Position numbers and translations under genes: made by a program. Positions 1 to 14,354 of a DNA stretch of 64,000 bases are shown here, piece after piece. The stretch is from Octopus vulgaris (taxonomy: Eukaryota): the NCBI GenBank assembly GCA_951406725.2, contig OX597821.1, positions 93,434,001-93,498,000 on the forward strand. The letters are read 5' to 3'. The notes beneath the pieces are model-generated. The model had not been told where the DNA came from, did not search any database, and saw only the letters and a list, made by a program, of their open reading frames with translations. Positions within the stretch are counted from its first letter, which is position 1. Every line of letters begins with the position of its first letter.

Positions 1-160
1 AAAGACGAAAAAATATGTATCTCTCTGGAATGTATTACATATAATTTTCTGAAAAGGATTTTTACAATATACATAGAAACATTGTAGATTAACTGTATTG
101 CAAATAAAAGTAAGCATAATTAAATCTCAGAATGAGATTGAAACAGTAATCGCTCGATAA

Positions 161-225
161 TGTAAAGTATAGAAGCCATCTTATCATGGCTAACCACATA
201 GGGGAGGGGGTGTTACTGTAGCTTT
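161..225 (-). mobile_element. Fragment of the non-autonomous Helitron-like family seen at 53901-54294
   Basis: tgtaaagtatagaagccatc..atggctaaccaca..gggggtgttactgtagcttt aligns with 53966-54025. True extent unknown. Confidence 0.5.
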
Positions 226-1214
226 ATAGCCCCAAGAGATCGTCGTCTCTAGCTGGCTTTAGACACCATATCAGTGCCCTTGAAGTGTTTGCAAAGGGAG
301 GCCATCCCTTCCTCGCAAGCCTGAGTGATACGCTCGGACTAGTTTCGGGATATTTGTCCCTTGTCAACGGGCGGTAACCAACAGGATGCGACGAAAGTGA
401 AGGCTTCCTTGCAAATATATAAGAGTTTTTCTAGAGGCGTTTGCCACTGATTTTGAAATACTAGTATATTTCTAGGAATAATTAAAGGGACCTATCCATT
501 GAAACTATGTGAAACTATGTTGGTTTACCTACCTTTCGTAAAGATGTTGCTCATGGAAAAAACAAAGCAGAACTTATTAATTTCATTAACCACACACACA
601 CACACACACACACATACACATATAAAATCAAAGAATGAACAGTGTGTTCCGACACAGTATTCGATTTTTAAAAATTCTTAAATTTCTCATGTTGCTTAAC
701 ACTCTAAGATTTAAATAACTCTTTTATAAATCCGTTAGATTAACTCTGTTGAGTGACATATAGATGATTGTTATGGTTGGATTTAACTCACCCATACCAA
801 CCTATATCTTCTTGAAACGGCCGTCAGACTTTGCACCTGCTCAAGATTCCTTTTAAAATCATTTTACACCAACTTTCTCATCTATTTGATTACCCCCCCC
901 CTATACATTCACCATCCTCATATTTTAATGTCCTCGTTGATTTTAATACAGACATACAACCTCACAAGTACATTTATGTATTTATATATTGATAAATTTT
1001 TATATTATATTTTGCGTATATGAATGTACCTATGTATGCTGTGGACTATTCTGATGCTTTGAAATATATTGAGTGAATATGAACACTGACCTTTGAAATT
1101 TGTTCTTTAATTCTTGGTTTTATTAGAGTCCTAATTAGTTGTGCTGTATAAGGGGATAATTATCCCATTTATTCCTTCATTTTAAACATATATATATATA
1201 TATATATATATATA

Positions 1215-1632
1215 GGCGCAGGAGTGGCTGTGAGATAAGTAGCTTGCTTACCAACCACATGGTTCCGGGTTCAGTCCCACTGCGTGGCACCTTGGGCAAG
1301 TGTCTTCTACTATAACCTCAATCCGACCAAAGCCTTATGAGTGGATTTGGTGGATGGAAACTGAAAGAAGCCCGTCGTATATATGTATATATATATATAT
1401 ATATATATGCGTGTGTGTGTTTGTGTGTCTGTGTTTGTCCCCCTAGCATTGTTTGACAACCGATGCTGGTGTGTTTATGTCCCCGTTACTTAGCGGTTCA
1501 GCAAAAGACTCTGATAGAATAAGTACTGGGCTTACAAAAGAATAAGTCCCGGGGTCGAGTTGATCGATTAAAGGTGGTGCTCCAGCATGGCTGCAGTCAA
1601 ATGACTGAAACAAGTAAAAGAGTAAAAGAGTA
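1215..1632 (+). mobile_element. tRNA-derived SINE family A (CORE-like domain, internal TA/TG microsatellite, AAGAGT tail)
   Basis: A/B-box-like head GGCGCAGGAGTGGCTGTG..GGTTCAGTCCC, CORE-like ACCTTGGGCAAGTG, repeated tail. Seven or more copies or fragments in the window. Confidence 0.9.
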
Positions 1633-1640
1633 TATATAAA

Positions 1641-2036
1641 TACTCTTTACTCTTTTACTTGTTTCAGTCATTTGACTGCGGCCATGCTGGAGTACAACCT
1701 TTAGTTGAGCATATTGACCCCAGAACTTACTATTTGTAAGTACTTATTCTATTGGTCTCTTTTGCTGAACCGCTAGGTTACAGGGCCGTAAACACATCAG
1801 CATTGGTTGTCAAGCGATGTTGGGGGGACAAACACAGACACACAAACACACAAACACACACATATATACATATACATATATACGACAGGCTTCCTTCAGT
1901 TTCCGTCTTCCAACTCTGCTCACAAGGCTTTAGTCAGCCCAAGGCTATAGTAGAAGACACTTGCCCAAGGTATCACAGAATGGGACTGAACACAGAACCA
2001 TGTGGTTGGTAAGCTGGCTACTTACCACACAACCAC
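1641..2036 (-). mobile_element. SINE family A copy, tail-to-tail with the previous copy
   Basis: Reverse complement of 1215-1632 with substitutions. Confidence 0.9.
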
Positions 2037-2043
2037 ATATGTA

Positions 2044-2088
<45 letters not shown>

Positions 2089-2091
2089 ATG

Positions 2092-2125
<34 letters not shown>

Positions 2126-2574
2126 TACATATGTACAAATATACCTATCTTTCTATCTATCTATCTATTTATCTATATATATGTGTGTGTGTGTAGACAT
2201 ATAGAAAGATAGATAGGTAGATAGATAGATAGATAGATAACTTTGTAATTTTATTTTATCCAAAGCTCTGTCTTCTGAAGTCACTATTTTGATTTTCACT
2301 TTGCCATTTGTGTCAAGCAAAGAAATGTGTGTGTGTATATATATATATAGATATATATAGATATATATATATATATGGTTGTGTGTATAAATGTGTGTAT
2401 GTGTGTGCATGTGCATGTAATGCAAATTGTGTTGATCTCTAAGGAAACAGGAATTTTCCGATTAGTGATGCTCCATGCCTTTTACATTGCCACGATAACT
2501 TTTCGTTGTTATTCTCTCACTATGTACCGCCCCTCTCCCTACCTTTTCATGTGTGTGTATAGATATAAATATAC

Positions 2575-2636
<62 letters not shown>

Positions 2637-3163
2637 ATGTGTGTGTGTATGAATAAATATTTGTGTGTGTATATATATGTATATATATATAAAAATTTAT
2701 GTGTATATATATATAAATATATGTGTGTATATATATATATGTGTGTGTGTGTGTGTATGTATACATATATGTGTATACTTATGCACACACACACATATAT
2801 ATGTGTGTGTGTATATCATTCCACTTTCTCTGTGGTTCCCCTTCACTTTCTCTCTTTCCCTTTTTCTCTTTCATACACACACACACACACACACACACAT
2901 ACACCCTCACACCCTCACACTCACACACACACACATACACATACACACACACACACAAACAAACAAACAAACACATACAGTCCCATAAAATACCATAAAA
3001 ATGCCAAACAGGCAATTTGGTGTGAAGAGATGTTCCGTTTAAGGAGACTGACTGGACAGTAGAGAATAGCTATGGTGGTAGTAGGTAGAAAAAGAAAAAA
3101 AAAGAAAAACAAAGATTGGTAGGGAATCTGCATAGAGAGAAAAGTGCAGTGTATATATATTTA

Positions 3164-3258
<95 letters not shown>

Positions 3259-3662
3259 AAGGAAAACTAGAATGAGAAACCATCGAGATGAGAGTTTGTG
3301 TGGGGAGAAGAGACAATTCATGGGCTGCAATGATGTCTGCCAGTGAAACTAGAAACCCTACTGCTAACCACAATGAAGACAGCCACCAGTATTCTTGCTT
3401 CCATTTCTTTCATTCTTTCTTTCTTTCTTCCTTTCTTTCTTTCTTTCTTATGTAATCAATCAAAATATTCATTGGACAAGTTCCAGAACATAATCCAAGT
3501 TCCTTGTATTCGTGTACGTGTGTGTGTGTGTGTGTCTGTGTGTGTGTGTGTGTGTATGCATGTGTGTGTGTGTCAGTGTGTATTTGCATGAGTATTTGTG
3601 TGAGTGCATACATGTGTATATATATGTGTGTGGGTGTGTATATGCATAAATAATCCCAGTTA

Positions 3663-3693
<31 letters not shown>

Positions 3694-3884
3694 AGTATGC
3701 ATGTATGGATTTATGTACATCATAGAAATATATATTCATATAGATACATATGCATACATATATTTATATATATATATATAAACACGTGTATATATGTATA
3801 CACAAATATATATATATAAATATATATTATATATATACATATATATATATAAATATATTATATATATATACATATATATATAAA

Positions 3885-3983
<99 letters not shown>

Positions 3984-4145
3984 ACTACACATACACACAC
4001 ACATATGTTCCAAGTTAGATAAGTCAGTAAAAGCACACTGATGCTTCATCCTGCAATGGATCCAAAATGGTCAAGTAGAATTATACATGAAAGGTTCATG
4101 TGTGTGCATATATATATACGTATAAATATACATGTATGAACATAG

Positions 4146-4179
<34 letters not shown>

Positions 4180-4218
4180 CACATACATATACCACTGTAT
4201 ATGCATATATATATATAG

Positions 4219-4261
<43 letters not shown>

Positions 4262-4322
4262 TGTATGTGTGTGTGTTTGTCTGTCTGTGTGTGTACATTT
4301 ACATGTATATATCTATGTATAA

Positions 4323-4368
<46 letters not shown>

Positions 4369-4515
4369 AACGTGTGTGTATATATTACATATATAAATAT
4401 ACATGTATGTATGCATATATATGAATGTACACATTTTATGTATGCATATATATATATATATGTGAATGTATCTCTTTATATATTTTATATTATATTATAT
4501 TTTATATATATATAG
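2037..4515. repeat. Compound (TA)n/(CA)n/(TAGA)n microsatellite field
   Basis: Directly visible, with short unique islands between tracts. Confidence 0.95.
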
Positions 4516-4947
4516 AGAGAGGGGAGACAGTGGTGTAGGGTGGGAGAGAGAGAGGGAGAGATTCTGACAAAGAGATATATAGTTTATACCAGAGAGTGAA
4601 CGGTTGATAAGTTGGTATAGAGAGAGTTAAGTTTCTAAAAAGATAGAACGCTATATTCAAGTTATAAATCTTGATATTTCTGTTCATAGACATGTACAAT
4701 GTGTCTGTGTACGTGTGAACACATATCTGTGTGTGTATTCAAAAGTGGTTGTGTCTGAATATGTATATCTATCTATCTATCTGTTTATCCATGTATATGC
4801 ATATACATATCTGTTTGTGTGTGTGTGTGTGTTAATAAGTAGTAAATCTGAAAGTACATCAATGCTGGAGTCTCCTACAATTCAGCAATGATGTTTAGGT
4901 GAAATTCTAGAAATGTACTTGACAGAATGAATGAATGGTGAAAATAA

Positions 4948-5014
4948 GTAATACCAATAACAATAACAATAACAACAACAACAACAACAACAACAACACC
5001 AATAGCAACAACAC

Positions 5015-5061
<47 letters not shown>

Positions 5062-5063
5062 TA

Positions 5064-5095
<32 letters not shown>

Positions 5096-5228
5096 GATGA
5101 TGATGATGATGATGATAATAATAATAATAATGATAATAATAATAATGATAATAATAATGATAATAATAATGATAATAATAATGATAATAATGATGATGAT
5201 GATGATGATGATAATAATAATAATAATG

Positions 5229-5264
<36 letters not shown>

Positions 5265-5318
5265 TTAATGATAATAATAATGATAATAATAATGATGATG
5301 ATGATGATGATGATGATG

Positions 5319-5374
<56 letters not shown>

Positions 5375-5403
5375 GATGATGATGATGACGATGATGATGA
5401 TGA
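4948..5403. repeat. (AAC)n-(AAT/GAT)n trinucleotide tract
   Basis: Directly visible; explains the poly-I/N/M ORFs. Confidence 0.95.
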
Positions 5404-6066
5404 TTAGTGACATTTTTACTGTGTTTGTGGTTATAGCGTTCAGGATGATAATGTCAATTGTAACGTTGGAAGGAAGAGAAAAGGAAGAGGAGGAGAAGGA
5501 GGAGGAGGAGGTGGAGGAGAGGGTTGTGGAAAGGAGAGAAAAAAAATTATTAGAAAATGAGAAAGCCATGAAAAACTGAGTATCGCAATCGGAATGAAAC
5601 AGCATCACCAACATGATAACTAGAAGAACAAACCTGAGAATATTCTATCCCCCATCCCTCCGATGTCTTCTATTATGGGAATTGTAGTATGGCATTAATA
5701 AAAGGTTCCTGTTAATTATCCAAGTTTTAGGCAATTTCTTCCATATTTTAGCTATTATTCTACGGAAATATACTTTCACCATTTCTTGTGAGAAAATATT
5801 TCTTGTAATTTCCATTGAATCAATGGAATGTCTTACACGACAATTACAGTTTGTGACAGGGAATGGTATACGTGTGAGTATGTGTGTGTAAATACAGGTA
5901 TGCCTGTGAGTATGTTTGAGTGTGTGTGTGTGTGTGTGAAGGGGAAGTGATGGGTAAATGTGGGTATCCAGATGTATTTTTGTATTTGAGTGTATATATT
6001 GTATGCATGAAATAATTAGGTAGGTATATTTTGGACATACATGCATGCACCCAAACACACATTTAT

Positions 6067-6097
<31 letters not shown>

Positions 6098-6370
6098 CAT
6101 ATAGTATGTTTGTTTGTGCGTGTGTGTGTGTGTGTGTATGCGTAGATGTTCATATGCATATAAATATATATATGTATATGTGTGTGTGTATATATACACA
6201 TATTGTTATATTATACACTTATAGATGTTTATTTAAAATATAAATAAATACACACTCACATACATATACATCATATATATATATATATATATATATGTGT
6301 ATGTGTGTGTGTATGTGTGTGTGTGTTTATTCACTCACTCATACATAAATACATACATTCATACACATAA

Positions 6371-6405
<35 letters not shown>

Positions 6406-6865
6406 TGTGTGTGCGTGTGTGTGTGTATGTGTGTGTGTGTGTGTTTATGTGTGTGTTTATCTTAAAATTTGACACTGCACACCACTATTACTCAGAGTTT
6501 CAAGCAGTGACACATATCTCTAACTGTAATGTAACATCTCATATTTAATATACATGAATAAGCATTTTCCTTTAGCATTTTCTGCATGTGTGTTTGTGTG
6601 TGTGTATTTGTATCCTTGTTAGTGTGTATCTTTGGTAAGCGCTATGTTATGGGTTTTCTACCTGTTACAGTGACTCTCTCCCATCCATCATATTTTATGC
6701 CTCTCTCTTCCCTTTACAAACCTATCTCTGCACACATATTGTATCTCTCTTATCCTTCCCACTTCTAGCAGTTGTATCAATTTTACTATTCCTTTTATTC
6801 ACTGCCCCCACTCTACTGCCCCCTTCTATCTTCCTCTATCTTGTTTTTGTCTCATCCACCCTTCA

Positions 6866-7438
6866 TCATCATCATCATCATCATTGTTCGACCGTGGTCG
6901 AGACAATGGAATTTACCATGCTACGCCAGACTTCACGGTCCATCATGGCATTACAGAGGTCCTGTTGCTAGATGCCTGTATCCCTGGAGATTACATCAGG
7001 GTAGGAGAGAGTGTGCCCTCTGGTATTGTGAGTAGATGGCTTCCAGAGGAGAAGAGTAGAAATTACCTCGTTTTCAGATCTACAACAATGTCCAGCAAAC
7101 TGGACTCTCTTACCTTTCACAATAGATGACACAGGTGGTAGTTTCCCATATATTTGCCTTTTGGTTGGATGGTGCTTCCACGAGAGATTTTGAGCTCTCA
7201 TAAGGAGGCGAATGTAGGTTCCATCCAACCGCCTCTCAAGCTTCTTTGATAACGTCCAGGTTTCTGAGCCATATAGTAGGATTGGTTCGACTATGGCTTT
7301 GAAGATTTCAAGTTTGAAGTCTCTACTTAGATTTGATGACCAAATCTTATGCATGTCATTACAGGCTGACCAGGCCATACCCTTTCTAGTTAGAAAGTCT
7401 TTTCCAGATGATGATATGTATGACCCAAGATATTTGTA
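6866..7438 (-). mobile_element. 5'-truncated RTE-type LINE (RT C-terminus, (GAT)n tail)
   Basis: ORF 6968-7444 has YKYLGS, ILLYGSETWTL and FAGHC motifs. (GAT)n tail. 12-bp TSD ATCCACCCTTCA at 6854-6865 and 7439-7450. Confidence 0.9.
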
Positions 7439-7819
7439 ATCCACCCTTCAACCCAACCCATTTTGGTAGACTGCCTACCCATCCCTCATTCACCTTTCCA
7501 TACACCTTGCAACCCGTCCATCCATCCATTTCTATTCATCTTGTGCCTTGTGGGGCCACCTGTGCACCTTGTCACCATTATCTATGTCGTGTAGCACCTG
7601 CTGATCATTTTTTCTTTCTTTTTTTCTCTCCCAGCCCTTTTCCCCTACAAGATGTGTGTAGCCATGCCAATCCCTCTGCAGAAACCTGCTCTGCCCTCAC
7701 CCCCTCCCATAGTAATTCCCTCATCCCCTAACATGAAGCTGACCACCACACCCACCTCCACCAGGACACATAGTCCTGTGAACTGCATCAGAACCTCAAT
7801 AGTGCTGTTGTCATAGAAA

Positions 7820-8000
7820 ATGCACTCAGTCCATGCTGTGAAATGGCTGGTATCAGGAAGGGCATCCAGCAATAAAAACCATGCCAAAGTACACATTGGA
7901 GCAGCTAGATGCTGTCCTTTGGCACATCAGAACCTATCAATCCATCCAACCCATCTAGCATGGAGTGTAGACGTTAAATGATGATGATGATGATGATGAC
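7820..8000 (+). mobile_element. RTE-associated SINE-like repeat family E, degraded
   Basis: AGGAAGGGCATCCAG motif and CCAACCCAT..AGCATGGA..GACGTTAAA(TGA)n end. Related copies at 17735 and 63792. Confidence 0.7.
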
Positions 8001-8859
8001 AGAAGGCACAGTCAAATGGACCAAAGAAATATCAGTAATAACACATATACAGTATAAAGGGACCTAACAAAAATGATTTGTACAACAAAATACAAGACAG
8101 TGGTTTTGCAGATATTATCATAATTACACTGGCTCAACTAAGAGCTGACAAATAATCCCTTCTTTGTGCTTTGATGAGAGTAAGATGAGTCTGAAGTACA
8201 CTGATGATATGAATAATTATGATAATGCTAAATACATTCATGATGAGTGTGATTATATAAAAATTATTCATAAGAACATGGGAAGATAAGGATTCAAAAA
8301 CGAGATGATAAGTAAAATGATAATTAGAATGTAAGAATGATAAGAAAAGACAAAATTATTGATGCTGATATGTGTGATGATGTGGATAAGGCTGATAATA
8401 ATCATGAGGATGATGATTTTAAGAACTATTTTTATTATTAATTTTATCGTTAATATCATCATTATCATTCTTATTGTCATTGTTGTTGCTGTTCATTGTA
8501 CCAACAGCACATACTTGAGTAATCTACGATCTAGACACAGTTTCGTCATTAATATCTGTTATTTACTTCTTGTTAAGATAACCAAGGCCCCAGGTGACTG
8601 GTTAGCTCTTCTGTTTCTTGCCCCTTAGGGGGAAACATATGAAAATTTGTGTATTCAAAAAACATTAACACACAAGATGGTGGCACCTTTAGCACCAGTA
8701 CCAAAAAGGTGAAATCCTTTGCAGGACTGGCAACAAATGTCATCCAGATTTCTAAGATGGACCAACACACTGATTTAAAACGTTGAATTTCTAGTAAAAA
8801 TCTGTCAACAGAGAGCAATAATACAGGTGAAACACATAGAAAAGATATACATTTGAATT

Positions 8860-11310
8860 CAGTTGTATCACAGAACAGATCTCCACGTTAGTATGGGTGC
8901 AAAAGACCCAGGTGTTGCACATGTGATGTTAACCACCTGAATACTTTTTATCCACAACAGAAAGTGAAAGTGTGAAAGTATGAAAGCTCTGCTTTTGACA
9001 CCACAAATACTACAACAGTCACAGTGTGCAGCCATATCATCAATAACAGCAACAACAAAATCTCCCAGCCCTAACACAACGTCATAAGACATACCCCTCA
9101 CTACATCAGAACGTTCAGATATGTCCTGCAACGAGAATGACAATGATGGCAAAAAGAGAACTATCTACGTAGGAAGGAATAAAAAAAAAGGGAAAAGGAA
9201 AAATTAATCTACCTTCACAAAATTCTGAGCGATTTGAAGGGAGGAAACTTGAAAAGAATACAATACGAACAACAACTCTACTACTATCCCGACAACATAC
9301 AGCATCAACACTGCAAACAGCACATCAAACACAAATGCATCCCAATCTTCACCCAAACCTACAACGAGAACACCACCAAAGAAATATCACAAACTACACG
9401 GCCACCATCATAAAATAACAATGAATTAATGAAACATATATATATATATATACATCAGCACACAAACATTACACATAAAGATTGCATGACACCAACACAC
9501 ATAAAAATCCTTTCAAAAAAGCAACACTAGGAAATTACAAGCTAAAATCAAGATATACCAACGAAATGGGAAATTTCCGAGGGAACATGTAAGAATTTAT
9601 AGGTGGAAATACCCACAACTAATCAGGAGGACGGATCACCTGTCCTTCAACAATAATATAATAAATGGTCCCTCTCAGATTTTTCCAGTCATATAATTTG
9701 GCTGTTTAAATGCATGTGACATGGGGTAACTTAGAAGCAATTTCAATTGTTTAACGACCTCATTGACCTAGACATAGATGTGGTGGCCATCAACAAGACC
9801 AGAATTTCCTAAGCACAATCATTTGCACTTATTTCTGACAGTTACAGGTGTGCACATCTCCAAGTTGACAGAGATTGGGAGGTGAGGATCAATGTTTCAG
9901 AAAGTCTTGAATTGAGTAAATGGACCATCTTTCTGGACCCATTTGATATGTCAGTAGTATTGGACATGACCAGCAGAGACAGTTATACCATCTACGCTTC
10001 GACAAGGGTAAGGCAGCCAGATATTCTTTAGACATCCAGTCTTTCATGCAAACGTTCTGCTATTTAGTGCTAGTGAGAGATTGGAACAGTATCTTGGATT
10101 CATGGTGGGATTGTGTAGCCAGCCAATAGATGACAGAGTGCAAAAGCCTCACAAAACTGCTTCTGTAATCCAGCAGATAGAGAGCATGGACTCTCCACAA
10201 TTTAACATGATCTACTACACTGACCAGAAATTTGTGATCTGCACAGTCAACTTAAATAGACTTTTATAGGTTGTGATCTGGTCACGGAATGCTAAATACA
10301 TCTTTGTCTGCACACCAAAATTAGAGACAATGGATATGTAAATTAGTTGAGTGGCCTTTGAAATGAGTAATCGTGAACAACAAATGTTGGTTTGCCCTGA
10401 AAAGAGCGACTAGAGTAGAATCAAGGAAATTAATAAGGACCAGCAAAAAGGAAGACTAGATTAGACGACCTAATTAGAAAATTTGAAGAGGCATTTAGAA
10501 AATGCATCACAACAGACATGCTTGCAGTAAGAATGGACCTCAACCAGTTCTTCAGCACCAAGCATGAATGCTTCATTGTTAGAGCAGAGGTGTTCTAACG
10601 AAACCGGTTCAATGGGTCTGAGTGGCAACAAAGCTCCAATTAATTATTTTGGTTGACCATGATGAGTGAGTGCTATGTGATTCCAAGCAGATTTGTGCAA
10701 CTTTCTAGCAGACTTTACTCAAAAGATCAGGATTAGAGACAGGTCTGATCACAGGATGGACTTATCTCAACAGCCTGCTTCCACTCTCAGTATCTGAGGG
10801 GGAGTGTTGTAAGAAGCTGATAATGGCAACAGAAATATAGGAAGTGATGGCTAACAGCACAAGGGGCAAATGGCTTGATTTAAACGAACTGATTTGAATG
10901 GTCTACAATACAAGCTTTACTTTTAAAATACCAAGCATTTTTGACTGCCTCTTTGTTTCTTTTTATTACCCACAACGGGCTAAACATAGAGAAGACAAAC
11001 AAGGACAGGCAAACGAATTAAGTCGATTACATCGATCCTAGTGCATAACTGGTACTTAATTTATCGATCCCGAAAGGATGAAAGGCAAAGACGACCTCGG
11101 CGGAATTTGAACTCAGAACGTAACGGCAAACGAAATACGGCTACGCATTTCGCCCGATGGGCAAACGTTTCTGCCAGCACGCCGCCTTTTTTGACTGCCT
11201 CTTGGCAGATATCTACCACAACTGGCAGTCCTGCAAGAAATGGTGTATCAAAAGAGTACTGGTAATAATATCCCCAGAAAACGTAGCCTGAAAGTATAAA
11301 TACTGAGTTG
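8860..11310 (+). mobile_element. Old degenerate Tx1-clade LINE (ORF1 remnant, APE endonuclease, start of RT)
   Basis: Translated pieces FGCLNA..DVVAINKTR, TIFLDP..VVLDMT, PQFNMIYYTDQKFV, ECCKKLI..EVMA and PSIFDCLLADIYHNWQ are collinear with ORF2 of the element at 31436-36608. Many stops; boundaries approximate. Confidence 0.75.
10954..11187 (-). mobile_element. SINE family B with Tx1-type tail, inserted in the old Tx1 copy
   Basis: GGCGGC..CTGGCAGAAACG head, GAGTTCAAATTCC B box, TTTGCCTTTCATCCTTTCGG body. 16-bp TSD TTTTTGACTGCCTCTT at 10938-10953 and 11188-11203. Confidence 0.9.
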
Positions 11311-11479
11311 GTGTTCAATGGGTTTAAGTCTGTCCCATGGAGAGAGTGACCTTGTTCAGCTATTACTGGTAACCCAAAAAGAGTTGGTGTCTTGATGAAT
11401 ATGCCAGTGGTTGTGTCATTCATCATCACTAATCTTAATGAATAAATCAAGTTTAACATTAAACCAGGTAACATTAACG

Positions 11480-12700
11480 GTGTAAACAGGCATGGAACCT
11501 CAGGTGAAACTGTTACATCTAACAGGGTTGCTGTGTTAGAGCAAGCACTATCCAGTTGTCGCTTAACTTCTGCTTGAAGAAGGACTTATGGTAAATGGCT
11601 GTGGCACAAGGAGGATCATACAGTTTTGGTGGAATGATATGTAAGAGCTAGGAATGAAGAAGAAACAAGCATTAGTGGTAGAATGCTCATAAACCGGAAC
11701 AACAAACAAATATCTGTTTAAGTTGACAGAAAATGAGTTAATGAACCAGACATGTTTGATCCAAAGAAAAGGTTGGCTAACAGCGGTTGAAATAGAGAAT
11801 ATACAGTGAAGAATCAATGAGGTGATGGATGTGAAGGAAAGAGCAAATGAATATATTGTACTGATTGAAGAGTTAAATGAAAACAGCACGAACTGTAAGG
11901 AAAGAAATGAAGTTGACATGGAAATGGAAAATACAAACAACATAAGCTATGATGATGGGATTGACAATATCATGCATTCAATAGAAATGCATGCAAATGA
12001 TATGGTCATGGAAAAATTTTAATACCTGAAGATATAGATGTGGCACAAAACATTTTGGTATAATTAAAATAAATCTAAATATATCAGAATGCATAAAGCC
12101 ATTAAATTTGAGATACATTAGCAGAGGAAAACTTGAAACAAAAACACTGATGCTTTATATGTGCATATTAAAACAAGGCAATTATTCTCACCTGTAATTT
12201 ATTCTGTACTGCCATGGTAGGTATCAGGAAAGGAACAGAGAACAGAAAGAGAAAAAACTCATGGTGGAAAAGCCCGAAGGTGACATAAAGATACTTAGAA
12301 GAGCCCTCAGCAATATTTAAAGCTGGATCAAAGATACTGTTTGAAAGAACATGACAAGTCTTGCCTTGAAGTACAATATATGTGAGAAATAGTTTACTTC
12401 TGTGAGTGAAAGATCAAGTGAAGAGTATGCACAAAATCAATCAAGATAAAGCTTTACGTTGAGCGAGAGAGCAATTTCATCTGAGCATAACAGATTTTCC
12501 AGATCAAAATAGAATTTGAGGAGATACAATAGTAATATTAACAATAAATGTGGAAGATGAAATAGACTTTTAGAAAGATATTTGGTGAAACCTGAATATA
12601 TATAATGTAAATATAGAATGGATCAAACAATTGAGACACAACTAGGTATTGCAGAGACCCAAGGATCAACATCTGTAAACAGATACAATGTACTGCTGCA
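11480..12700 (+). mobile_element. Degenerate R4/Dong-clade LINE, N-terminal part
   Basis: Translates to KLTENELMNQ..IQRKGWLTAVEIENI and WWK..EGDIR, resembling R4-clade ORF N-termini as I recall them. Stops and frameshifts. Confidence 0.6.
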
Positions 12701-12778
12701 AATAATGATACCATCAAATTGGAAAATTCTTGGACCAGATAGGATCCAAGGATTTTGGATGAAACAGTATTATCATTA

Positions 12779-13320
12779 AGTGAGAGAGCCATCAAAATGA
12801 CACTAGGGTACAAATATATGAAGCCCAATATACCCATCATGACTACCCATCTGATAAGGGTACACCAGGCACATGCATCACAACCATAAGTTCACGACAT
12901 GGTGATCTCATATCAAGATAAACAGCGCATAACCTTGCAGGTGGGGCCCAGTTAGAATTTTCTTCTGGTCGAGTAGCCCATCCTGCTCAAAAGGTCCCTG
13001 AATAAGGATTGTTTAAAGATGTTGAACGAACCACCCATGTTTCCAAAGGGGAATTATCCAAACTTCTAAGAATTTCTCTCAATACATGGCTATGATGCTC
13101 CCCCACTACTTCTGCTCGTGATCAGAGATGCACATATTGCCAGCCACTAAGGGACATGCTCAACTGGTTAAGGTCAAACAACTGACAAGTAAATCTATGG
13201 CATTGAGAATATTTGCTGTAACCCATCTTTTTTTCCAAGACAAAACAATGTACATGATAACACTTCCAATTAGTTAAGATTAGAAGCCATGAGATCCACT
13301 GTCTGGTACTGCATTAGGGC
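12779..13320 (-). mobile_element. (AAT)n-associated non-coding element family F, near full length
   Basis: Reverse complement of 55414-55967, abutting (ATT)n. Confidence 0.9.
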
Positions 13321-13377
<57 letters not shown>

Positions 13378-13403
13378 CATTATTATTATTATTATCAGTA
13401 TTA

Positions 13404-13446
<43 letters not shown>

Positions 13447-13499
13447 CATTATTATTATTATTATTATTATTATCATTATTATTATTATTATCATTATTA

Positions 13500-13555
<56 letters not shown>
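13321..13555. repeat. (ATT)n microsatellite
   Basis: Directly visible. Confidence 0.97.
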
Positions 13556-13838
13556 GAGTGAGAGAGCAGTTCATGCCATCAAAGTGACACTGGGGTAAAA
13601 TATACGAAGCCCAATATACCCATCATGACTACCCGTCTGATAAAGGTACACCAGGCACATGCATCACAACCATATGTGCGCGACATGGTGATCTCATATC
13701 AAGATAAACAGCACATGACCTTGCAGGTGGGGCCCAGTTAGAATTTTCTTCAGGTTGAGTAGCCCATCCTGCTCAAACGGTCCCTGAATAAGGGTTGTTT
13801 AAGGATGTTGAAAGAACCACCCATGTTTCCAGAGGTGA
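13556..13838 (-). mobile_element. Family F copy, truncated and running into a minisatellite
   Basis: Matches the CTCTCTCACTC-end half of 55414-55967. Confidence 0.9.
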
Positions 13839-14272
13839 GAACCACCCATGTTTCCAGAGGTGAGAACCACCCATGTTTCCAGAGGTGAGAACCACCCATG
13901 TTTCCAGAGGTGAGAACCACCCATATTTCCAGAGGTGAGAACCACCCATGTTTCCAGAGGTGAGAACCACCCATGTTTCCAGAGGTGAGAACCACCCATG
14001 TTTCCAGAGGTGAGAACCACCCATGTTTCCAGAGGTGAGAACCACCCATGTTTCCAGAGGTGAGAACCACCCATGTTTCCAGAGGTGAGAACCACCCATG
14101 TTTCCAGAGGTGAGAACCACCCATGTTTCCAGAGGTGAGAACCACCCATGTTTCCAGAGGTGAGAACCACCCATGTTTCCAGAGGTGGGAACCACCCATG
14201 TTTCCAGAGGTGGGAACCACCCATGTTTCCAGAGGTGAGAACCACCCATGTTTCCAGAGGTGAGAACCACCC
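13814..14272. repeat. 25-bp minisatellite GAACCACCCATGTTTCCAGAGGTGA, 18 units plus a partial
   Basis: Near-perfect head-to-tail units without spacers. Confidence 0.97.
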
Positions 14273-14347
<75 letters not shown>

Positions 14348-14354
14348 CATTATT

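Noticed and set aside
4907-5860. In-frame minus-strand ORFs separated by one TAG, suggesting read-through
   Set aside because: Low complexity, no recognisable domain, and no splice support.
1945-6548. Many YI/HT/CV/poly-I ORFs here and elsewhere in the window
   Set aside because: They are translations of microsatellites.
13814-14272. CRISPR-like array or repeat-protein ORFs
   Set aside because: No spacers, eukaryotic context, and the unit derives from family F. The open frames simply reflect a stop-free 25-mer.
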